A DNA stretch of 64,000 bases from Fistulifera solaris (Eukaryota): positions 62,001 through 126,000 of the forward strand of contig AP026131.1 in the NCBI GenBank assembly GCA_030295235.1. Direction: 5' to 3'. Positions 46,951 to 58,220 of the stretch are shown here, piece by piece; position 1 is the stretch's first letter, and the number at the start of each line of letters is the position of its first letter. The position numbers and the translations under genes were made by a program. Under the pieces are notes generated by a model, which was not told where the DNA came from, did not search any database, and saw only the letters and a program-made list of their open reading frames with translations.

Positions 46951-49766
46951 ATGACTGATCTTCAAAAACTCGACGAGCTCGTCAAGCGTGTCAATGCGGC
47001 TCAGAAAGTCTTTGCTACGTACTCACAAGAACAAGTCGACCAGATCTTTCGTGCGGCAGCGTTGGCGGCGGCCGACGCTCGCATTCCGTTGGCTACCATG
47101 GCCGGCCGAAGAGTCGGGAATGGGTGTCATTGAAGATAAAGTGATCAAAAACCACTTCAGTTCGGGAGTACATCTACAACAAATACAAGGACGAAAAGGC
47201 GTGTGGAGTTCTCGAAGTGGACGACGAAATGGGCATCATGATCCTTGCGGAGCCCATCGAACGATATGCGGTGTCGTTCGTGCACAAACCCAACGTCTAC
47301 GACTATTTTCAAGGTAAATATCATCATAATCATTTTCAGTGAACAACTTTCTGGTTCAGCCGGCTCACAAACATGATTTCTTCCGGCGCAGGCACTTATT
47401 TGTTTAAAGACTCGCAACGCAATCGTCTTTTCTCCTCATCCACGTACCAAGAAATCTACCGCGTACACTGCAAAATTGGTTTTGGGCCTTGGCCGTGGCT
47501 GCTGGAGCTCCTCCGGATATTATTGGCTGGATTGAAGAGCCTACTTTGGACCTATCGCGAAGCTTTGATGCATCATGACGGCATTGATCTCATCCTTGCG
47601 ACGGGAGGGCCAGCCATGGTCAAGGCGGCCTATTCTTCGGCAAAACCAGCTATCGGAGTGGGAGCTGGTAACACGCCGGTAGTAATTGATGAGACAGCTG
47701 ACGTCAAGCGAGCTGTATCGTCGATTCTCATGTCCAAGACGTTTGATAACGGAGTGGTGTGTGCCTCCGAGCAATCGTGTATTGTCGTGGATAGCATTCT
47801 ACGAACAAGTCAAGGAACGCCGCCAAGTACGGAGGTTATTTTTTTGAGTGCAGAGGAGGCGGACAAAGTACGCTCTTCTCTTTGTCAAGGGTGCCTTGAA
47901 CGCCAAAATTGTCGGTCAATCGGCTCTCAAAATTGCTGATTTGGCTGGAATCACCGTCCCACCTTACACCAAAGTGCTTATTGGTGAGGGCAAGGTCTTG
48001 TCAGATGAAGACGAGTTTGCTCATGAAAAACTCTCTCCGACTCTAGGGTTCTATCGTGCCAGTGATTTCAACGAAGCGGTTGACATGGCTGTTACGGCTG
48101 TCGCTATGGGTGGCGTGGGTGTAAGTTTTGAAAATATGATCTTTTGTTGCTGACTCTCTCTTCATCGTGCCTGACTTTATTCTTCTTCTGTATGCAACAG
48201 CACACGTCATGTCTATACACCGACCAAGATAAGAACGACGACCGCATTCAGTACTTTGCCAAGAAAATGAAGACCGCTCGAATCTTGTTGAACACGCCCA
48301 CCCTCGCACGGGAGGAATCGGCGATTTGTACAACTTTGCACTGGCTCCTTCTTTGACACTGGGTTGCGGTTCATGGGGTGGTAACTCCATCTCAGAAAAT
48401 GTTGGGCCCAAGCACTTGATTAACAAGAAGACGGTAGCCAAGCGTGAAGAAAATATGCTCTGGCACAAACTTCCTCCGTCGATCTACTTTCGTTCGTGGG
48501 GCCATGGCGACTGCCATGGAGGATTTGAAAAGACTTTAAAAGGGCCGCCATTGTTACGGACAAGTTTCTCTACAACAATACTCCACACGTCCATGAGTTG
48601 CACGACTTGCTCAAAGCCCGAGGAATCGAGGCATAAACGTTCTCTGAAGTCCAAGCAGATCCAACTCTGACTACCATTCGAAAAGGAACCGACATGTTGG
48701 AAAACTTTGCTCCCGATCTCATTATCGCCATTGGAGGAGGAAGCCCCATGGATGCCGCCAAAATGATGTGGGTCTTGTATGAGCATCCTGAAGTAGATTT
48801 CAAAGAGTTGTCGCTCCGTTTCATGGATATTCGCAAGCGCATCTTTCATTTCCCAAAAATGGGGACCAAAGCAAAGCTTGTCTGCATCCCAACTACCAGT
48901 GGAACCGGAAGTGAGGTGACACCTTTGCTGTCGTAACAGATGACTCCACTTCCCAAAAATATCCGTTGGCGGATTACGAATTGACGCCATATATGGCGAT
49001 TGTGGATGCTAACTTGATTATGGATATGCCCAAGGGTTTGACGGCTGCTGGAGGCATTGACGCTGTCACCCATTCAATCGAAGCCTATGTCTCTGTGCTC
49101 GCTAACGAATTCTCTGATGGACAGGCTTTACAGGCTTTGAAGTTGTTGAAAGCTTATCTCCAGCGTGCCTACAAGAAAGGTGCCAACGACCCAGTAGCTC
49201 GTGAAAAGGTTCACAACGCAGCGACCGTAGCTGGTATAGCTTTTGCGAATTCGTTCTTGGGAGTTTGTCACTCAATGGCACACAAGCTTGGCGCTGAATT
49301 CCACATTCCCCATGGAATCGCCAATGCTCTCCTCCTGACCAACACTATTCGGCTTCAACGCAACAAACTTGCCCACCAAGCAGACCGCATTTTCGCGAGT
49401 ACGATCAGCCCAAATGCTCTTCGTCGTTATGGCGAGATCGCCATGCACTTGGGCTTTACACAGGAGCACACTGTCGATCGTGTGAACGCGATGTTGGATT
49501 GGCTTGACGAATTAAAGCGCGATTTGGATATTCCGATGTCAATCCAAGAATGGGGAGTCGACGAAACAGAGTTTATGGCAAAGGTTGACCAGCTGGCAGT
49601 GAATGCTTTTGATGATCAGTGCACTGGTGCCAATCCTAGGTATCCTTTGATCAGTGAACTCAGGAGCATCCTCATTGATTCGTATTATGGGGGAGCCCTT
49701 CACGTTGAGGGAGTACGAGAGGACCTATCCGCAAGAATCAGTCCAAGGATTCTTTCACTATCATGA
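46951..49766 (+). CDS. adhE: Bifunctional acetaldehyde-CoA/alcohol dehydrogenase, heavily frameshifted in this assembly
   Basis: QEQVDQIFRAAALAAADARIPLA, ILATGGPAMVKAAYSS, SKTFDNGVVCASEQS, HEKLSP, LTLGCGSWGGNSISENVGPKHL, GGGSPMDAAK, PTTSGTGSEVTP, GVCHSMAHKLG, PHGIANA and AFDDQCTGANPRYP. GT-AG introns at 47314-47391 and 48121-48200. Confidence 0.93.
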
Positions 49767-49985
49767 GCCCGGAAATGGCTCTGAGCACTCCTTTCAGATG
49801 GTAGGATCTACCGGTGAGGCTGAGAAGAAATGAAAGGCTGATCACTCGAACGTCTCTCTTCGATGTAAAAAATGAATGTATAAACTGAAAAATGAATTGT
49901 ATATCCTCCTCTCCCTCTTTGCCTGTTGATAGCAAGCGATCAATTCTCTGTTGCCGGTGCCTCCTCAATTGTTCCAACTCATCAT

Positions 49986-51456
49986 CTATTCAATCTGTTT
50001 CTTTTCGGCGAGAAAACAATAACGACAACGCTCCAAACAAACCGAAACTTCCTGCTAATGCACAATCTGATCCGAACACCGAAGTTGTCCGCCAAATAAG
50101 CCGAGAATAAAGGGGGCAACAATGTATGTCCCATCTCCAGAGGCCCTGGGCAATGCCATAGCTGTTGCTTTCGGCGTCGTCTGGGGCCAACTCTTGCGGC
50201 GTCGCCGTTAAAGCCGGACCTTGTGCTGTTGACCCAAAACTCCATAAGAGTACCACAGCAGAAAAAGCCAACGCTTCATTCGACATGGCCTCGTTGTTGA
50301 AAAGAGCAAACGGAGAGTCGCCATTCAAGGAAAGAGCCCATGGAATCGAAATTAAGCCCGTTGGCGCTAATCACCCCACCCAACACGCACAAGTGGCACG
50401 TGCGCTTATCTTGTCTGTGCAGAAACCACCAACTGGTGCACCAAGTAGTCCGGTCAACCCGGCCGCTGACAACAGAAGACCTGTGCCAGCGGCACCACCA
50501 GGCAAGCATTCTGTAGCCAGTATCGGTATTGACGCCAATTTTCGCAGCAAATCCAAAACTTGCACCGCTTTGACATAGAGCCAAACCCTGCCAGCTACGG
50601 CTCTCCTTTAAGAGCGAAATCCAGTCCCCCCGAATCAGATGTGATAGTCTCCGTTTCCACATCATAACTATTTTCGGTGCTTTCGCGAATTAGCAATCGT
50701 TTCAGGTAAAAACCAATACAGGAGCCAACAAATAGTTGCAGCAGCACTGACGCACAAGAATGACACTCGAGGTCCGTATTCTTCGACTAACAGACCTCCG
50801 ACGGGTGCCCCAATAGCAATACCGAGAGCTGCAACTGCTTGTTGTGCGGCAACAACTTTCCCTCGCTGGCTTTCGACTCGCTGTGCTAAATCGGCCAGCA
50901 TCCCCCTTTCTCCCGCCCGGACCAACTACGACCGACCCCCAGACCAAATCGTGCTAAAATGAGCAGCGGCAGATTGGTAGCACAAGCGGTCCCGAGATCA
51001 GCGACTGCAATGATAGCCATTCCCCAGATCATCGCTGCTTTGCGAGCCTTGTCGGCCTGCTTTCCCGACCAATTGGCCAGAAGCAATAATCCTATTGCAG
51101 GTGTTGAAATTACGATTCCATTTGCCGCTGAGGAAAGGCCAATTTCCTTTCCGTATAGAGGTATACTTGGGATAACAGCTCCTACTCCGAGAAACAGCAC
51201 GAACTGTGAAAGCAAAAGCAGCGCAAGCGGCTTGGCGACACTTTCAGAAGGAAATCCAAACCATTCGGGCTCACGGTTCTCAGAAGGTAGACCTTTCACA
51301 ATAGTGATATGAACATTTGGCTCCACTGCTTTAGGATAGACGCGATGGGAAGGTCTTAGCACGGTGGGGCGGCATAGCGTAAAGGGTTTCACACAGCGAG
51401 ATAGCAACAGAAGGACCCCGCAAATGCAAGAAGTTCTACTCCCTCGCGGCGATCAT
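49986..51456 (-). CDS. Major facilitator superfamily transporter (several indels), possibly with a bipartite presequence
   Basis: FVLFLGVGAVIPSIPLY, GKQADKARK, LILARFGLGVG, GAPVGG and LYWFLPET, spread over minus-strand ORFs 50886, 50702, 50371 and 49990. Confidence 0.8.
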
Positions 51457-51898
51457 CTTTACAATTGTATATATTGTTATCGAGCATTCTGAGGAAAGGA
51501 ATAAGTTAGGGGACTTTGGCTTTGTTTTAAAATGTTTCGTCATTATTTCCTCGATCGTAACGCACACATCGCGTTTTTCGCTTCATTTTTTTCGCCCCCA
51601 GTGCTCGCTTTCGCGTCGCGCGCTTTCGCGGTAAGAATACTTAAGTGTTAAAGACGGCGCGCGCTGATCACTATGGGACCACGACACTATCTATTGATAA
51701 ATATAGTACTTTATGGCTCCTAAGTGACTACTTTTGATTGGAGACAACGAAGCTAACGGACAAACGAACTCATCAAAGCATTCAACTCGAACAAAGCAAC
51801 ATTTTCGTTCTTGTTCTATCGTATTGAAACAAAGAAAACCATTTGCGTCTCTTTTGAAGATAAAAGGTGTATTGTGAGCAAATTAGGTCTATGCAGAC

Positions 51899-53930
51899 AT
51901 GACGGTATCATCGCTGTGGAAAGCGCTCAACTCCACAAACTGTGGAAAGTCGATCGGAGAAAAAGAGCTCTCGACAGGATTGGCGGATCTTCGCGGCGTG
52001 AATCCGTGGAATTACAATGAGCGAGTGCGCTCACAGACACTCGCCATTGACCTTTCCATTTGGATCTGCGAGTCGCTTACTTCTCACGGTCTCAATGAAC
52101 AAAATGTGAATCCGACACTTCATGTCGTGTTCTCGCGAACTGTAAAACTGCTCAGTCTCGGCATCAAGCTCATATTTGTCGTCGAAGGAAAGAGCCGGAT
52201 TCGAACACAATCGGATGAAGATGATCGATTTCGGAAACGAAGAAGCGGAACAGCTTTCTGGAAAGCGTGCAAACAGTGCCAAACAATGCTCGAACAACTG
52301 GGAGTGGTGGTTGTTACGGCCAAGGCGGAAGGGGGAAGCGCTTTGCGCTTTGCTTAGTCAGCGTGGTCTCGTGGATGGTGTCATTTCGAATGACGGCGAC
52401 TGTCTTTTGTTCGGTGCAGAGCGCGTCTATACGAAGTTCTCTCTCGAAAACTTGGCAAACGGATCTATCGTTCGCTACGATTTGGATGATTTGCGATCGT
52501 TCGTCGAGCGCAGTGGATCGTCCGATGACCAGTCTTCCAATGCAGACTTACAGAAAAGCGCGGATATGAAGATCAGTCGAGAAGATTTGATTGTTTTTGC
52601 TCTCTTAACGGGTAGCGACATGGCCGGAGGTGGACTAGAAAACGTGGGGCACAAGAAAGCGCTAAGATTCATTCAGAAATGCAAGCACGACTATCCTCTC
52701 AGCGTAGACAGTGCAGCGCTTGATGAGATGAAATCGTGGGCCCGAGCTGCGAAAGCCGGTACTATCCAATCGCACACTTGCGACGGCGGCGAGCAACAGA
52801 AGCAAGAGGCTTGCTGCTCTCGATGTTGCCATGCTGGAACGAAGCGTAACCACCGAAAGCATGGCTGTGAAATATGTGGGACACAACCGGGAGAGCCGTG
52901 TTATAAATTCAGTGCAGACGACCGCTTTCGGCAAAGTTTACGTAGCAAGGCATTGCAACTCTATCCCAAATTCGATCCCTCGAAAGTCCTCGCAGCTTAT
53001 ACGTCTCCCAATGACAATCAATTGCCAATTCAGTTGGTTTCCTTATTAGGACAGGGAGGTGCAATTAAGATGAAGCCGCCACAATTAAGCGAGTTGATGC
53101 GAATGGACCTGGTCATCAAAGGATTCAATTTGGCGTCAAGTCGAGAATACATTCAGCAAGCTGTAGGAGGTTTACTTTCTCGTTACGAATTGATGGAATC
53201 GGCTCCTGTAGATATGGACAGTGGACCTGTGACGGAGACTCTTGTGACCCACACGAAACGTGAACGACCGGTCCCAAAATCCATTCAGAAATCGCTTACC
53301 CATCAAGGAGCGCCCTGCTACCAGATTCTCTGGCGTGTCAATGGTACTGTAACGGATGAAAGCGGCGAAGGAATCGACGGGTACGAGTACTTGACCATCG
53401 AACCATGCGAAATCGTCGAAAAGCGCTATCCAGACTTGGTTCATCAATTTCGAGAGGAAGAAGTAGAGCGTCTCAAACAGGGAGATAAGGAGAAGCAACG
53501 TCGTCAAAAGTTCCTGGAGGACATTTTATTCGAGACTAAGGTCGATGATGACGCTCAAAACCGAAAACGCAAACTGGCTTGCATCAAAATGCGGGGAGAC
53601 TTTTTCGAGCAAAAAATGCCGACGCGAGATAGCCATGATCACAATATTGACGGGCGCCAAAGCCACGACGTCACTCAATTGCTGCGTTTTGTGAAAAAGC
53701 CAACCGCCCTGTCTTCTTCTCCTTTGACTACATGCGCACAAAAGACAACTTTCAAAACGCAGCAACGCAACCAGTCGTCTCATATACCGTCGTTGAGCCC
53801 TTCGCGAGAACTCTTTTGTAATATGGGTGAACTGTTGGTGCCGTTGACACCCATCATGTCTCAACGGGGCGTTTTTCCTCCGCATCACATTCTCCTTGTC
53901 AAAAACGTGACTGAGCATGACGAGCAGTAG
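51899..53930 (+). CDS. GEN1: XPG/Rad2-family nuclease, GEN1-like
   Basis: MTVSSLW, LAIDLSIWICE, IFVVEG, EGEALCA, ISNDGDCLLFGA, ALLTGSD and GLENVGHKKA. One indel at the G-run near 52331. Confidence 0.8.
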
Positions 53931-53938
53931 AGTCGTTC

Positions 53939-54724
53939 TTATCCTTGTTGCTTCGTGCTGTTTTGATCATGAAGAATCTCCCCCGAACTAGTAGTAACAC
54001 GAGCAATATAATGCAACGAAAGCTTTCCATCTTGTTTACCAGGTGTCAATAGTACTTCATTCGCACTTTCATAAAAGAGAATCCCTTCATCAGCACATTT
54101 CACAGCATCCACATAAATATAAACTTGCGACGACTTTCGCATTCCGGAGATGACTTCTCCCGGCAATCCTTTCGCGAAATGAATATGCTGTCGATTCATC
54201 CGACTCAGATAACCCGCATCTTGTATGTTCTTCCACGCCTCCATCGAAGTTCCATGTACAATGCACGGAATGTTTTTCAGTTGTTCGGGAGTGAGTGCCG
54301 TGAGCAATTGCTCTGGATCAACCACGTGTTTCGGTAAGGAATGACCTTGATTCGCACGAATGCACCAAATAATCTCTTCTGTTTCTGGATGAACGAAAGG
54401 ACTATCCGCATAATCAATCGCCGGCTTTTGTTGCAACGCAAAGCGCTGTTTGTCATTGTTTTGTACAACCGCTTCCACTTGTTCTTGGGTATATCCACGC
54501 AATTTGGGATGTTGGCTTTTTAGAATTTCGACGAGAGGAACAAAACCATCCGTACGCATCGTTAATTTCAATTGAATGGCTTGATGCCGTAATGCCCACG
54601 ATAGTGCGTGTGATAATTGTTTCAACGGATCTTGATTGTTATTGTGATTCTTTCTTCGGTTGTTGCGTGGCCGTTTGGCTTTTGGAGGACACGGATGATA
54701 ATGATTCGAATAATCGTCAGTCAT
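53939..54724 (-). CDS. TPT1: RNA 2'-phosphotransferase Tpt1/KptA
   Basis: LSWALRH, NDKQRF, IRANQGHS, VHGT, SRMNRQHIHF, SGMR and NEVLLTPG in an intact ORF. Confidence 0.95.
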   Translation of the reverse strand: MTDDYSNHYHPCPPKAKRPRNNRRKNHNNNQDPLKQLSHALSWALRHQAIQLKLTMRTDGFVPLVEILKSQHPKLRGYTQEQVEAVVQNNDKQRFALQQKPAIDYADSPFVHPETEEIIWCIRANQGHSLPKHVVDPEQLLTALTPEQLKNIPCIVHGTSMEAWKNIQDAGYLSRMNRQHIHFAKGLPGEVISGMRKSSQVYIYVDAVKCADEGILFYESANEVLLTPGKQDGKLSLHYIARVTTSSGEILHDQNSTKQQG

Positions 54725-54869
54725 GTTCTAAAATAATATGCTTTATTCTTTTTATTACTAGCTCATAAATAATATTCGAGGCGAATTTGTGTTGCTGCTA
54801 GCATTTATTCGTCATGGTCATGGTCATGGTGTCGCCGCTGTCGCGGAGGAGTTTTTTATCTTGACTATT

Positions 54870-55400
54870 TTTACTATAGACCAAAGTGTTGGTTCAAGGA
54901 AACCACGATTGCAATCCAGTCACGAGTGAAATATTTTGCGAGAAAGGCTGCTGTTTCATTTCACATCGAACAGCCCAGTTTTTCAAAACCACATTAATTT
55001 TTCTTGGAATCAAATTACCTATAGCGTTGCTCAAACTCCTAATGCGGATTATAATTTTTGAGTCGAAAAGTGTTGCGCTTCTTTCTCTTCCGAATTTACT
55101 ATAGCCCAATGTGAGGACGACCTTTTCCACGACTGCATTCCGGTCACGGGTCCATGATTTTTCCGAGACCGACTGATGCCTAATTTTCCTGTCGTTCTGC
55201 TTTCTCGTAAGCTACAAATGTCTTTCTTGCAACAAAAATTACTAAAAACATTGTTCATAATGCAAAATATAGTTACTTATAAGACAAAAATCATAGAAAT
55301 TTGATGGCTTCGTATTTACTATAGGCGGAAGTGTTGTCTTAAGGAAGATCATCCGCGACTAAAAATCCGGTCACGGGTCAAGATTTTTCCGAGACAGACT
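54870..55400 (+). repeat. Three copies of the family B core (~75-85 bp) at 225 and 220 bp spacing, with diverged linkers
   Basis: TTTACTATAG at 54870, 55095 and 55315, each followed by CC(A/G)CGA(C/T)T...CC(A/G)GTCACG(A/G)GT...ATTTT..CGAGA. Confidence 0.82.
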
Positions 55401-55749
55401 TGTCTATGCGTGCCAAGTCAAGTAGAATGCCTACCTTTTCGTTTCTTGCAATGCGATCATTTCTTTTATGCAGATAATGATTGTGTGTGTTGAAAAGTGT
55501 TCAGGCCAGAATGTGCGGAGTTAGTAAGTACTAAGATCACATCGTCTGAACGTCATACGTCACCGGGTAGACACTTGAGTGAGACGCATCACGCACAGAC
55601 CCGGCCGTCGACTTTCACGCATTATTTTATTTTTTACTAGTAGCGTTGCAGGATGAACTTATTGGCATTCTTTTCCAGGATCATCAACATTATCTTGTCT
55701 CTTTGTTGCATTTAGATTTTAAGACGAAAAGGCAGACAAGAAGAAGAAG

Positions 55750-58033
55750 ATGGCGAAGAAGGGCAAGAAAGATACGGAAAAGAAGGCGGCATTACAAGCT
55801 AAAAAGGAAGCCAAAGCCGACAAGGCTGCTCGAAAACGACTTACGAAAGAAGCACGCAAAGATGCACAGCAGCAGGGCGATCATCCTTCCAATTCAAATA
55901 ATAAATTGATGGATTTTGATTTGGATGCTATGCTACAAGCCTATCGACAGAGCGATAATGTTGTCGAACAGACTCAAGTCGAACCCATCGAAGGATTCCC
56001 ACCGGCCAGAGCGAACGCGACATTGACTCTAACAGCCGATAAGAAACAACGCAACGCTTCTCTCTATCTATTCGGTGGAGAATATTACGATGGAGTCGAA
56101 AATATTGTACTGGATCAGTTGTTTGTGACAGATTTGACGAACTGGAATTGGAAACGAATTCAGACTCCTCCACCGACACCGCCGCCTCGATGTGCACATA
56201 CAACCGTCTATTACAATCAGTCACTCTACGTATTTGGTGGAGAAATGGCGACAGCGGATGAGTATCATCATTATAAAGATATATGGAAGTATCATATACC
56301 CTCTCAGCAGTGGACGGAAATCAAACCTTCTTCCAAATTCGGGACACAACCAACACCGCGGTCGGGACATTCGGCGGTGGTTTGGAAGCATTTCATGATT
56401 CTCTTTGGGGGCTTTTACGAAGCGGTTCGTGATGTACCCAGATGGTACAATGATGTGACGGTGCTAAACTTACAGACAGAACAGTGGATGGATATACCAC
56501 ACAGTCGATTGACACAGCGTCCGGAACCGCGGTCCGCTTGTAATGTAGTAGTCTTGCAAGACACGATGCTCGTGCAAGGGGGCTTTTCGAAACTGAATCC
56601 TTCCGCTAATTCCACGGAAACAAAAGTACACACGGATGCATGGGTATTGCATTTGGCGCCATTGTTGCAAAATAAGGCTCCAACGTGGGAACGACTTTTT
56701 TCGGCCAAAACAAAACGATCCGGGACGAGTGCTGTAGCTTATCAAGACAAACTAATGCTTGTGTATGGCGGAGTAGTCGATGCAGAAAAACTCAATCACA
56801 AGATCGAATCGGTCTTTTACAATGATATGTTTGCGTTGGATGCAACGCGGCGGAAATGGTTCCCCTTGACGGTACGGAAGCTGAAGCAGGATGTGACTAA
56901 TACTAATACCGAGACAGAGAGCACACTTCAACAAGATGAAACAGAAGAAAAAGACGACGACAGAAACAATGATATTGGAGAGGACGATGTCCTGCTTTTG
57001 GAGGACGACAATCTAGACGAAGCAGCAGCATTGAACACAGAGGGTTGGGATGTGGGAAAGCTTCGCTCCAACATGTTCGCCTTCATCGACGGAGAAGGTA
57101 ACCTTGTCTACGAGAAGATTGGTGATTCCGATGATGAAGGTGATGGTGAGGAGCGTGTGAATGATGATGAAGAAAAGGAGGAGGAAAAAAGACAATGAGG
57201 AATATGATGAAGAAGAGGAAGACGAAGCAAAGGGGGAAGAGGAAGAAGAGGACGACAAGCACCCAAAACACAAACCAGAGGGACAAGCCTCGAAGGAACC
57301 ATCAACGACGATTACATCTTCGTCCGTCATGACGTTACATCCCGAAACGCGTGCCCCGGAAGCAGTGATTCAAAGTGAACCACTGCCGCGCATCAAGGCG
57401 CTGTTATTTGTGGCAGGGCATCACCTCTACATTTATGGCGGGTTATTAGAAGTAGGGGACCGCGAAGTCACTTTAGATGATCTCTGGCGACTTGATTTGC
57501 GTAAGCGCAATGGTTGGGAGTGCTTGTTCGTTGGGACGATGCATCAGCAAGTGTGGAGAGGTGCCATCCACGATGACGACGAAAGTTATGTCAGTAGTTC
57601 TGGTCCAGGCGGTGTCGATAACGATGAGGATGATGATGACAATGACGCATACCAGGGCCAATCAGCAAACTCGTCATTGCAGCAGGAAATATTTGCGCTG
57701 AATCAACAGTCTGAGTTGACAAATGCGAATCGCACTCCTCAACCATCCGAGATCCTAGCAGACTTTTACGCACGGACAGCGGACTATTGGAACGAACGAG
57801 CTGCCCACATAGAATCAGGAGAAGAACTGACACAAAAAGAACTCAAACGCAAAGGATTTGGTTTGGCGAAGGAACGCTACGAAGAGTTAAGGCCCATCAT
57901 GGAACGGCTTCGTGAGTTGGAGATAACAACCCCGCGTACAGAAAAGATTAAAAAGGACCGTAAAGACTCAAAAGAAGAGAAGAAGAAGAAGAGTTCTAAA
58001 GAGTCCAAGAAAATGCGTCAGCGCGAAAGATAG
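55750..58033 (+). CDS. KLHDC4: Kelch domain-containing protein 4 with DUF4110-type C-terminus
   Basis: LFGGEYYDG, PPPRCAH, YHHYKDIW, PRSGH, LFGGFYE, EVGDREVTLDD, PQPSEILADFYART..YW and KELKRKGF. One indel near 57185. Confidence 0.9.
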
Positions 58034-58220
58034 TGAGGAGTATATAGCACAGGACGATGATGCTAGACGCTAAGGTTAGCTCTAAGTTAATTGTGTCTGT
58101 CTGAAATTTTTTAAAACTATTTGAGGCAGAAGAGAAAGGATCGTCAAGTCATAAAACTGACACCAAACAATCATGTCAGCGAAAGCGAGGATGACATTGA
58201 AATAAACTAAACCGAGAATA

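Noticed and set aside
54870..55400. CRISPR-like repeat-spacer array
   Set aside because: Cores are about 80 bp and degenerate, linkers are about 140 bp, and no cas genes are present. It is reported instead as a periodic repeat family.
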